A program made the position numbers and the translations under genes. The notes under the pieces are model-generated. The model saw only the letters and a list, made by a program, of their open reading frames with translations, was not told where the DNA came from and did not search any database. Below, piece after piece: positions 23,747 to 34,699 of a DNA stretch of 36,280 nt (position 1 is the stretch's first letter; each line of letters begins with the position of its first letter). The stretch comes from Octopus bimaculoides (lineage: Eukaryota): the NCBI RefSeq assembly GCF_001194135.2, contig NC_068986.1:54029767-54066046 (forward strand), given 5' to 3'.

Positions 23747-24197
23747 GCATGTTAATATGTATGTACACACGCACATACACACTCGCACACGCACATATAG
23801 TTACACACGCATACTTACACACAGATACGCATACACATTTTCATAAATTCATACGCATATGCACTGATATATGTATATTTGTGTGTATGTATATGTGTGT
23901 GTGTGTATACACAATTATATATGTATATATGTATGTATATATATATATATATACATATATACGCATATATAGATATATAGTCACATATATACATATATAT
24001 TCAAACACACACACTTACATATATCTATTGTATACATACTACTAACATATATATGCAGATTTATATTTAAAAATACACAAATATACACATACACGCTCAC
24101 ACACATATGAATAGGTATGCACCAATCCATCCATACAGCCACACTCACAAACACCTGTATGGTGAGATAAATATACATATATATTTAGATATACGTG

Positions 24198-24249
<52 letters not shown>

Positions 24250-24444
24250 GATAGACAGTTAGAGAAAGAAAGAGAGAGAGAGAAAAAGAGAGAGAATGAG
24301 AGATAGAGAGAATGCGTGTGCGTGCCTGTATGTGTGTGTCTATTTATGTACATATGTATAAACACCTATTATACGTATAGATGCATATAAATACATATAC
24401 CTATATAAATATATGTATATATAGGCAAATATACATTTATATAT

Positions 24445-25105
24445 TTGAGGGTTTGTCGATTAGCATCGATCACAACGTTCAGTTAGTACTATAAATCCTA
24501 GAACGTAAAGAGCCGGAAGAAATGCTGCTAAGCATTTGGACCGATGCGCTAACGATTTTTCCAGCTCATTGCCCTAATAATAATCTTTTCTTCTACAGGC
24601 AGAAGGCCAGAAATTTCATGAGAGGGTGCTAGTCGATTACATCGACCCCAGTGCTTAAGTCGTACTCAATCTATCGACCCCGAAAGAATGAAAGACAAAG
24701 TCGACTTTGGCCGAATTTGAACTCAAAACGTAAATCCAGAAGAAATTTTGTGCCAAACTGTATTTTGTTTTCATCAATCCCGAAATGCTGAAAGACAAAT
24801 TTAACGTCGGTATCATTTGAATTCGGAACGTAAAGCCAGAAGACACACTGCTATGCATTTTGTCCGGCACGAGAACGATTCGGCCAGATCACCACCTGAA
24901 TAACAATAATAATCTTTTCTACAATAAGCACAATGCCTGAGATCTGAGATTTGAGGGGAGGGGTCTAGCCAATTAAATCGACCGCAGTACTCAACTGTAT
25001 TTATTTTATCGATCTCAAGAGGATGAAAAGCAAAGTCGATCTCGGCGGAAATTGAACATTAATACCGCTAAGCATTTTGTCCCGCGTGCTAACAATTCTG
25101 CTGCA
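24445..25105 (-). mobile_element. Four head-to-tail SINE family A copies (~24445-24575, 24580-24750, 24760-24900, 24905-25105)
   Basis: Reverse-complement landmarks recur: GCTAAGCATTT, AACGATT, GAACGTAAA, AAAGTCGA, ATCGACCCC. AATAATAATCTTTTC tails lie at ~24575 and ~24905. Confidence 0.8.
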
Positions 25106-25289
25106 CATTTTTTTCTCTCTCTGTTCTCTTTTTTCATTCTCTCTCCTTTTTTCCCTTCTTAATCCGTTCTGTCGAAGTGCGTAGGCACGAAACGTAAAAG
25201 GCTTTTCCATTCTTCCCGATCATTAAGTTAATACAACTGCTTGTTGTTCCTACACCTGTTTTCGTCGTTTGTTTTCTGTAAATTTGAAC

Positions 25290-25320
<31 letters not shown>

Positions 25321-26277
25321 NNNNNNNNNNNNNNNNNNNNNNNNNNNNNNNNNNNNNNNNNNNNNNNNNNNNNNNNNNNNNNNNNNNNNNNNNNNNNNNN
25401 NNNNNNNNNNNNNNNNNNNNNNNNNNNNNNNNNNNNNNNNNNNNNNNNNNNNNNNNNNNNNNNNNNNNNNNNNNNNNNNNNNNNNNNNNNNNNNNNNNNN
25501 NNNNNNNNNNNNNNNNNNNNNNNNNNNNNNNNNNNNNNNNNNNNNNNNNNNNNNNNNNNNNNNNNNNNNNNNNNNNNNNNNNNNNNNNNNNNNNNNNNNN
25601 NNNNNNNNNNNNNNNNNNNNNNNNNNNNNNNNNNNNNNNNNNNNNNNNNNNNNNNNNNNNNNNNNNNNNNNNNNNNNNNNNNNNNNNNNNNNNNNNNNNN
25701 NNNNNNNNNNNNNNNNNNNNNNNNNNNNNNNNNNNNNNNNNNNNNNNNNNNNNNNNNNNNNNNNNNNNNNNNNNNNNNNNNNNNNNNNNNNNNNNNNNNN
25801 NNNNNNNNNNNNNNNNNNNNNNNNNNNNNNNNNNNNNNNNNNNNNNNNNNNNNNNNNNNNNNNNNNNNNNNNNNNNNNNNNNNNNNNNNNNNNNNNNNNN
25901 NNNNNNNNNNNNNNNNNNNNNNNNNNNNNATATATATATATATATATAGATATATATATATATATATATATATAGATGCAAACACATACACACACGCTCA
26001 AGCACACGCCCACACATGCATATAAACTTAGATACACAAATAAACTCAAATATGATATACACACAAATACACATACGAATATACAGAATCGTATACACAC
26101 GCACATTTACAGAAAAGAAAATACCCTTCCAGTACGATTGAAAACTGGTCACAGATGAAAAGGTAGATGTGGAAGATGGCACACATACCCAAGTGTGTAT
26201 GCGTGTGCATGTGTTTCTCTGTGTGTGTGTGTGTGTGTGTATGCATACATACAAACATACATGTACACTTGTGTGAT

Positions 26278-26317
<40 letters not shown>

Positions 26318-26320
<3 letters not shown>

Positions 26321-27820
26321 AAAAAGTCAAGGTAGAAAAAACATTTCAGTACCGGTTTCGATCATTGAGTCTTTTTCAACTGTAGGTATGGAAAACAATT
26401 AAATTTTGGAAAAATTAAATGAAAAGTATTTAAAAAGAATATTTGCATAGTATTCAAATACAAGGGCATTTTCCTTGTTTTTGCTTCTCTNNNNNNNNNN
26501 NNNNNNNNNNNNNNNNNNNNNNNNNNNNNNNNNNNNNNNNNNNNNNNNNNNNAGAAGAAGAAGAAGAAGAAGAAGAAGAAGAAGAAGAAGAAGAAGAAGA
26601 AGAAGAAGAATGTGGGAGTGCTATGATAGTAGTAGGATGTTAAATGGTCAAGTGCCCTGAAAGTGACTTGTCCTGGATGGTAGTAGTGATTGAATTCTTG
26701 AGGTACCTCTTTTGAATGTATTGTTTATAATATTTGCGTAGGTGTTATTCTAAACAGCAGTAGTAGTAAAGTTAGGAAGGAGGTGGCGGAGAAGAAGAAG
26801 AAGAAGGAGTCAGAGAAGAAGAGAAAGAATAATAAGAGAATGCAGGATGGTAGGATAGTAGTAGGATGTTAAATGGTCAAGTGACCTAAAAGTGGCTCGT
26901 TGTGGATTATAGCAGTGATTGGGACTGTTTTTAATGAATTCTTGGGTATCTCTTTTAAATGTATCATTTCAAATATTTGCGTGTGTGTTATTCTAAGGTC
27001 GTGGTGGATATGTCATTTGTTGTAGATGCGTTCAAAAGGGTCTGTATTTTGTAATAAGGAGAGACTCTTTACTAATTCGTTGACTACAGGTTGTATCGTC
27101 CCTGAATTGATAGAGGGGAAAATTGTGAAGCTTGCATTTTTGTTTTTGGCGCAAATGTCGATGTGTTGGTTGAATGCTATTTTTCTGCTTTTTAAAAAAA
27201 ATTTTGATCTGGGATCTGTGCAGAGCCATCCTTTGACGTAGACTGTTTTTTTATTGGCCTATGTATTGCTCTTGACACCCAGAGCAGGTTAGTGCGTATA
27301 TCAGATTCTCCGAAGCACATGTAAAGCTGATTTTCACTGTGAAACATTGTCCCTGTTTGAAGGAGACCTCTGATCCCTCAATTAAATTGACACATATTCC
27401 ACAGTTGGATCTTTCGCATTTTTTTACTGACAGCTTCTGTGTTGTTGTTGAGCGTATTCGGGCTTGTGTTAGGAGAGTTTTCATAGATTTGGGCTATCTC
27501 TTGCTTTTTATGATGGTGTGTGTTTGGAGGATTAAGTTCATTCTGTGGTCCTTTTTTTTAGCAGGGGAATGCATTGAAGGATGGTGTCGAAGGCTTCATT
27601 GTTGGGAGGGTTGTGTGTGGAGATGTATGGTAGGGCTTTTGGTTGTAAATCCTTCTTTAATTTGGGATATCTGAGTTCGTGGATGTTGAGCTGTAGGGAA
27701 CGTTGAAAGCATATGTTAATTAGTGAAGGTGGGTAGTTCCTGGTGATGAGTGTATCCTTTAGTTCATGTAGTCGTGTGTCCCTGGTGCTTGCATTAGAAA
27801 TTATAGTACATATCCACTAG
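26318..27820 (-). mobile_element. Penelope-like element, 3' half (thumb/linker, GIY-YIG endonuclease, 3' terminal region)
   Basis: Minus strand reads ICTIISNASTRDTRLHELKDTLITRNYPPSLI, LPYISTHNP, CERSNCGIC, TCASENLIYALTCSGCQEQYIGQ, LRQRMALHR and KESLLITKYRP. Stops and frameshifts are present. The extension through gap 26491-26552 to the (TA)n at ~26318 is inferred. Confidence 0.9.
26347..26382 (-). ncRNA. Minimal type I hammerhead-ribozyme-like motif, U3/A8 variant
   Basis: Minus strand: CAG-TTGAAAA-A-GACTCAATGATC-GAAA-CCGGT-A-CTG. This gives helix I CAG/CTG, a core, a short helix II, GAAA, palindromic ACCGGT and a GUA site. Confidence 0.6.
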
Positions 27821-29347
27821 GGATACAATATTGGGAGTACCCTAACTTCAAACAGAGAAAGGAAAAATCACTACCCGCAGGATAGACATTGCAACCTCCT
27901 CCCACTATAAGGAGTTACCAACGAGATTTTCGTTCCGACAATCTACTAAACAACAATGCACAACAAACCCGTACCACACGCAATAATTACCAACGACGGC
28001 CCCCTAAAACACCACATCCGAACATAGGATATCGGGACGCACCTTTCAATACCGCTCCATAAATCACAACACAACACCCTGAAACAATAAGGAACAACTA
28101 CATAACAGCTACCGTCTCAACCACGGCAATCATTTTTTAGACCCAATACGCAAACACAGAGACACGAGATAGCACCAAACACACAGGAGGAACCAAAAGT
28201 GATAAAAATCATCAATCTAACTCACAAAGAACTAACAGCAAACCAAATCAATATACCCTCGAAAGGGCTCAAGTTTACACCCACCCTACAACGCCCCAAC
28301 TACAACAAAATGAAAGAAGACATCGCGGAATTCTGTAGAAAATTACGACTCTCTGAGGAGCTATACGACAAATACAACGCGGACGAATCGTTGATCCGAA
28401 ATAGAAGTAACTACACCTCCTCAAAAGGTAAGAACAAAACTCTTGACCATTTCTGTGAATACATCTCGAATTACCCATATCAATATATGCACAAACAAAA
28501 ACACAAACCAAACTTCAGTAAAAAAGAATGGGCTGAGCTGAGCAAATTAAAAGATGACAAAACAATAACAATCAAAGAGGCTGATAAAGAGAGTGCAGTT
28601 GTCTTAATGGACACGGTATACTATGTAACTCTAGTACTATCCTTATTAGAAGACACAACATATTATGAAAAGGCCCAACACTATAGTCAGCAGAAAATAA
28701 TGAGAGACCTAAAATCCATGTTAAACCTATACAGAAAAGGGCTCACCGACATAGAATATGATTATATAACCAATTTCAAAAGTAAAACCAGTCAATTCTA
28801 CGGTATTCCCAAAATACACAAAAGTGAGAAAATAAGTAACGCATGCAGGATAACCACAGGCATAATAATCAAAGTCCCTATTCCTGATGACCTCAAATTG
28901 AGACCTATAATACCAGATCCCGCATGCAAAACCCACCACCTCAGTAACGTTTTAGAAACCCTCTTAAAACCATCCCTCAAGCATGTCAAAAGCTACATAA
29001 TGGACGACCTGGATATGCTCAATCACCTTCCTGAAATAATTAACAAAAACACCCTACTAGTATCCTTTGATGTAGTCAACCTCTATTCCAATATCCCCCA
29101 CAACCTAGGAATAGAGGCAATTCAATTCTGGTTAGAGAATTACGCCAACGAACTCCCACATCGCATCAAAAAAGAATTCGTGATAGAAAGGCTAAAATTT
29201 ATATTGGAAATTAACTACTTCGTCTTCAAACACAACTTCTTTCGACAAAAATCGAGGACTGCGTTGGGTACAAGAATGGCCCCCTCCTTTTCTAACCTAG
29301 TCATGGGATATCTAGAAATTAGTTTTTATTGTAAGGTTCTAGAAAAT
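27821..29347 (+). mobile_element. Penelope-like element, 5' half (N-terminal region and RT motifs 1 to B'), inverted relative to the 3' half
   Basis: ORF 28199-29419 contains GLKFTPT, IKEADKESAVV, FYGIPKIHK, LRPII, LVSFDVVNLYSNIP and TALGTRMAPSFSNLVMGYLE. Homology stops near 29347, before the YxDD motif. Confidence 0.92.
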
Positions 29348-29479
29348 ACGGCGTACGATCAATGCCTCGTGAGTAAATACAATCTATACATCGGTCACCT
29401 AGTTGATATGCACAAATAAAGTATTGCAGCGATCAAAAGTAAAAGAAAAAAGGTTTAAAAGGTATGTATATTAGTTTTA

Positions 29480-29575
29480 TCAAAGTGCTGTGGTCGATTT
29501 CTTCGGCTAAAGCAGTCAAGTTGTGCTCCAGCATGGCCATGATCCAATGATTGAAATGATTGAAAAGATTAAATA
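29480..29575 (+). mobile_element. Degenerate SINE family D 3' fragment
   Basis: GGTCGATTTCTTCGGCTAAAG..GTGCTCCAGCATGGCC..AATGATTGAAA. Confidence 0.6.
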
Positions 29576-29609
29576 GATTATTCACGATACTACAAATGGA
29601 GTGTGATCA

Positions 29610-30205
29610 ATATTACTAAGAATTAGATGTACTGAGTTCAAATCCTGTCGAAACTCATTTTGTTTTTCATACTTCTGTGGGACGTTAAAGTAAAGTAGCA
29701 GTCGAGTACCAAGGCCGATTTATTCGAGTATAACATAATCCCTAAATTTCTGGCTTCGCATCAATTGTAAGAAATCATCATTATTATTGATAAATAGAAT
29801 TATAATTATTATTAATATATGAATAACTAAAGGCGGTGATCTGGCAGAATAGTTAGCACGTCGGGCAAAATGTTTAGCGGTATTTCATGTCTTCACATTC
29901 TGAGTTCAAATTTCGCGGAGGTCGACTTTGCATTTCAGGGTCGAGGAAATAAGTACCAGTTTGGTCTTGTACCAAAATCTGAAAAGCGGCAAGATGGTAG
30001 AACCGTTAGGACGCCGAACAAAGAGCTTAGCAGGATTTCGTCTGTCATTGTGTTCTGGGCTCAAATTTCGCCGAGGTCGATGTTTTCTTTTATCCTTTCG
30101 GGGCCGATAAAATAAATAACCTGTCGAGTACTGTGTTCGATGTAATCGACTTCCACCTTCTCTCACAGACTGCAACCTCGTTGCCAAAGATTGAAACAAT
30201 TATTA
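29610..30205 (+). mobile_element. Three head-to-tail SINE family A copies (~29610-29790, 29830-29980, 29984-30205)
   Basis: B-box-like GAGTTCAAAT / GGCTCAAAT at ~29633, ~29902 and ~30058. Heads AAGGCGGTGATCTGGCAGAA and AAGCGGCAAGATGGTAGAA. Confidence 0.8.
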
Positions 30206-30777
30206 CTAAATAAATAACTAAACTAACAATGAAATTTTAGTTCTCTCTGACGAAAGAAAAAACAGATGGACCAATCCAATCCCAAAATGCACTCATCAAT
30301 CCTTCTCCACTCTGTCGAAAGGCGGTGTAGTCAGAAATATCAGGGTTCTTTCCCGCTATACTTCTCTATAACTGAACTTATTGACGCTCAATAAATTCCT
30401 TGCTTGGATTTATATTACACACACAAAACTTGCCTTTATAATTTGCTATACATAAGTCATTTGTGTTCGAATCCATAATGATATATATATATATATATAT
30501 ATAATATTGTATTATATATATATTATATTATATATATAATATATATATATATATATANNNNNNNNNNNNNNNNNNNNNNNNNNNNNNNNNNNNNNNNNNN
30601 NNNNNNNNNNNNNNNNNNNNNNNNNNNNNNNNNNNNNNNNNNNNNNNNNNNNNNNNNNNNNNNNNNNNNNNNNNNNNNNNNNNNNNNNNNNNNNNNNNNN
30701 NNNNNNNNNNNNNNNNNNNNNNNNNNNNTCATGTATATAAAAACCTAAGTGTGTATATGTGTGTGTGCATGTACGTG

Positions 30778-30808
<31 letters not shown>

Positions 30809-31127
30809 GCACACACATTCTACGCTCAATCCTAGATTTAATTTAATTAAATTTCAATTTACATATAAATATAAATTTAATTTAAGTATATAAAATGTTA
30901 TATAGAATTAATTAATACTTATGATCAACGAGGCGTTACTAAAATATTTTATCCTATATTAATTATCAAATAATCATCACCGAATGATTTAATTGTGCTA
31001 TTAACTAAAATAAATCATTCTGTGACAACATAGGAAATACTGTATGTACAATAGCAATATGAGTTGAAATTCAGTAGAAAAAGCGCCTACTGATCCATTT
31101 GAGAGGTACCTATACCTTTATTAGGAG

Positions 31128-31460
31128 ATGTTGTTTAACGTGACGGTAACCCAAATAAAGGAGATCCGATGGTCAAAAACGTTCCATTTGTGACCATCCT
31201 ATCTTCTATATAGACTATGTATTTACGTTGAGCATTATCAATTGCATCGTGCTTTCAGCAGCGTGTGATAACAATAAGTGGTAAATCGAACGGTTTCAGA
31301 AAGACCCTTGTACATTAACTTGTGGCAGGCCGTCTCTTCATTAATTGTTGGTACAGATGTAGTCACTTTACCTAACACACACACAAAAAAAAGAAAATTG
31401 CCGTATATCCTCAAATCGCACATCTGGAAAATGAAGGATCTATTGGACAATTTAGTCCTG
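31128..31460. mobile_element. Degenerate family C fragments (minus ~31128-31210, plus ~31395-31460)
   Basis: GTGACCATCCTATCTT resembles the reverse complement of AAGACAGGATGGCCAC. CTCAAATCGCAC..GAAGGATCTATTGGACAATTTAGTCC resembles the family body. Confidence 0.4.
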
Positions 31461-31561
31461 TTTAGTATATGTCTTCATTCAGAACTATAAAGCGAGGCTA
31501 AGTGTAAATTATTTTGTATGTACATGTGAATGAACGTATGGATGTCTGAATATGTATATGT

Positions 31562-31597
<36 letters not shown>

Positions 31598-31719
31598 AAC
31601 AGATAAACCACCAAACCATGCACACACACACACACACACACACATACATACGCACACACACGTTCTGTTATCACACACACACTCGCAGACTTCCGCACAC
31701 GCACAGATATTCATCTCCC

Positions 31720-31977
31720 TTTTTCACTCTCCTGTCTTAGAAAGAACTTTTCCCCCACCACCTCCTCTTCCGGTCTTTTCATAATGTAACCTCGTGGGCA
31801 TCGGTACCATTTTCCTCTTTCTCCGTTCTTCCATTCTCCGAACTTTCCATCTTTCCGACGAAGGGCTACGCCCGAAACGTCATACACTCTCTCTTTCCTT
31901 TCCTGAGCGTCCAATAATACTATCCATATCACGTCCTCACTTTGTTGTTTTTTTGGTTTTTTGTTATTGTTTTTTTG

Positions 31978-31985
<8 letters not shown>
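31720..31985 (+). mobile_element. Pyrimidine-rich PLE-type terminal repeat ending at (TA)n
   Basis: It contains a hammerhead-like core, then a T-rich tail running into (TA)n, the same layout as the PLE end at 26318. No adjacent ORF. Confidence 0.5.
31851..31885 (+). ncRNA. Minimal hammerhead-ribozyme-like motif (CCGACGA core)
   Basis: CTTT-CCGACGA-A-GGGC-TAC-GCCC-GAAA-CGTC-ATAC: perfect 4-bp helix II, GAAA, palindromic ACGT and a GUC site. U4 is replaced by C and helix I is poorly paired. Confidence 0.5.
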
Positions 31986-32014
<29 letters not shown>

Positions 32015-32170
32015 ATGATCATGTGACCGACCAGACTGTCTGGTGTTACACATCGCTGGTTACAATGCATTGCGAGGAGGCCAACATTCTCCTTTGATGG
32101 AAAGAGGATTGGAGCAACGTGAAATGAAATACTTTGCTCAAGAACACACCGCAACGCCAGGTCTACTTTC
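32015..32170 (-). mobile_element. Deleted or chimeric family B-related SINE fragment
   Basis: GGAGCAACGTGAAATGAAATACTTTGCTCAAGAACAC at ~32111 matches the CORE-like block seen at ~5878 and ~20473. Confidence 0.65.
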
Positions 32171-33122
32171 CGATAAGATATAGCGGCTTCTTTCTTAACT
32201 CTCGGTTATTCCAGGGTTGTGACTGCCAATGCAATTCAATTTTTTTTGAGAAATTAGGTGTTTTTCACACTTAGTCATTTAACTGTTTGTTGAATGGTTC
32301 GACGATAATTTTATGATTAAAGAACTTTTGAAAAATTTTCATCACGGACGTTATAAGTACACGATAAATAATTTTCATTTACCTTTGAAAGACCTGCATC
32401 TCTTTCACTCGCATACTCTTCCTTGCAGCAACAGATGATGACTTAGAATTTGCATCAAAATATTACTTAATGTCTGTATTTTAATGTTGTAATCATGTCA
32501 ACATTTCGACACAGAAGTATCAATCTCCTAGCTTATTTGTTTCAATTTTTGGTTCACAGATAAGGATATAAGCATCGCTTTTGGAGATTTGATAAAATAT
32601 TTTCTGAAATATTAAGGAAAATTATAAGGCAACACAAATTGTTTTATGTTACGTACAGTTGCGTCTGTTAAAATAGATATTGTACTACATTGTCGAACCT
32701 ACAAATCTGGAAAGTGTATTATTCGAAATATTACATACTAACTTTAGACCACTTCAATATGATTTATTCTTTGTTTGTGGGTATGTATGATTAGAATTGA
32801 AAAATAATTACTGCTAGATCATATCACGGCACTGCATAAAAAAATTATTTAGAAAAGTAAGTTTCAGTTAATAAATTTTCGAGGAATTTATACATACTTT
32901 TTCTCACTACGATGACGTAAAGTTTATTAGAGGGGAGTGTGAAAGCGAATACGAAAGGGTAAGTCTTATATAAATAACAAGAGGATATAGATAGAAAGGA
33001 GCAGGAAGAGGAGAAAATAAATGATTTTAAAAAGTAGACGGATTAAGTGATTAAGGTGATAGTTGAGGGGAAAGCTATTGAGAAAGAGTTTATTTCTTAG
33101 AGAGCAATGTGAAAGTGTATGA

Positions 33123-34126
33123 TCTTACTATAATGAGCGTTATGTTCGTCTGTCTGCCGTCTGTTCATCTGTCTGTCTGTTCCCTCTTCACGGTCAAACG
33201 GCTGGACCAATGATCACGATGTTTTCCGAGATTACGAAGGAGGTAACCAGGAAGGATTTTAGCGAGAAAAATGTGAAAAAGTATGATTATTTAGTAGATT
33301 ATTTTGTTGATTATTTAGTCTTGTATTAATAAATCACCTTTGATTTCTTTTTTTGCTAATCGAAACAGCTGTTGTTTACATCTCAGTTTTGTCAATCAAA
33401 ATAACCCATGGTACCAGAATATCCAGACATTATTCGCATAGAACAGTGAGAGGTAAGTCTTAATCTAATTTTTTGCAGCCCTAAAGATTCTGCTCGCGCA
33501 TTCACAGCAAACAAGGCACAGGGCCAAACTTTAGATCGTGTAGGTGTATTTTTACCCACTCCAATGTTTACACACGGCCAGTTATACGTAGCTATGAGTA
33601 GAGCAACGGACTCCAGTAATTTGAAAATTAGTGTCGACCAACAAGAAAATATTGTTTACAAAGAAGTTTTGTAATCATATTGATATTATCGAAAGGAATA
33701 TGATTCATAATTTAAATAAAGAAATTTGTGGACTTTGAATGTATAAGAGTATAAACAAGCGTAGAATAGTGTAAACAACTAAAATAAAAGTATATCTAAA
33801 CATTTTTTTTTTTCGTAATACTTTTTTGGTAGTTGTCGAAGGAAGCTCTGTCTTCCGTTAGGAGTGGTCCACAGAACCATTCATGATACGGAGGCTGGGA
33901 GCTTATTTCAGTTCGGGAGTGAATCGTCATCACATGTCGCTTAGTCACAAACACATGTCATATAGCTGCAATAGAATGCTGTATCACCAACAATAATGTG
34001 ATTTCTCTTAGCTAAGACATCACCCAGTAATCTATCAAGTCCATTTACACATTACTCAATACATACTGCTGTTATGACTTCGCTCCCCCATTTTATGCCT
34101 CCATCGTAGTTGGGTAGATTTGCTAG
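33123..34126 (+). mobile_element. Non-autonomous Helitron
   Basis: 5' end A|TCTTACTATAAT followed by (TCTG)n and CACGGTCAAACGGCTGGACC. RepHel C-terminal remnant inside. 3' end GGGTAGATTTGCTAG|T is the first CTAG after the coding remnant, with only a weak hairpin. A|T target. Confidence 0.7.
33498..33674 (+). pseudogene. Helitron RepHel (PIF1-like helicase) C-terminal fragment
   Basis: AFTANKAQGQTLDRVGVFLPTPMFTHGQLYVAMSRATDSSNLKISVDQQENIVYKEVL* contains helicase motifs V and VI and the NIVYKEVL ending typical of Helitrons. It is absent from the ORF track. Confidence 0.92.
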
Positions 34127-34699
34127 TAAACATAACGTTTATTAATGAAATGTCACTCGCACTCGTACCTTATCTTCGCTATTCATCCATAATCGCTACT
34201 TCTACTTCGTAAGCTATGGGACGTGCATTGTTCTCTCAGCGCAACTGTTACAATATTTCATGACAGCGAATAGGAAAATAAGTTATCCGTTATGATCTGT
34301 GATTATTTTATTGAATGAGCAACGGCTATATGTTCCTCCAACTCTCGTGCTTAGATATAGCTACGGAAACTCTGATTTCGTCCAATTTAACCGATAATCA
34401 GCTTAACGTAGTATGGTTTAACGGGGTTTCACTGTGTGTATGTAAATATATGTGACCTTTTATGACATTAAGTATATGTGCGTATGCTTCAATATGTGTA
34501 TGGACATATGTATGTATGGGTGTGTGAGGGGGACAAGTGTGTGCGTGTGTAGAAGAATTGTTAGATGTGTATGATAAGATGAGGCCAACAAAGAATGAGA
34601 AATAAATAAAATAGTAAAAAAGAAACCCACATCATACGTCAGTGAAATACAGCTAGGTCATCCATTATTGCTCAATCATTTACCTAGCTACACATACGC

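Noticed and set aside
28199-29419. 406-aa ORF as an intact RT or telomerase gene
   Set aside because: It lacks the YxDD motif, and the last ~24 codons are read-through into unrelated flank.
32370-32470. Possible minus-strand exon (DANSKSSSVAARKSMRVKEMQVFQR then GTAAAT)
   Set aside because: No convincing acceptor or polypyrimidine tract, and the peptide is unrecognised.
33453-33478. 26-nt GTAAGT..CTAAT..TTTTTTGCAG micro-intron in the Helitron
   Set aside because: Too short for a typical metazoan intron, and splicing it does not restore a recognisable RepHel sequence. It may be a collapsed intron relic, but that is unsupported.
33498-33674. Host PIF1 helicase exon
   Set aside because: The NIVYKEVL* ending and the enclosing TC...CTAG termini point to a Helitron.
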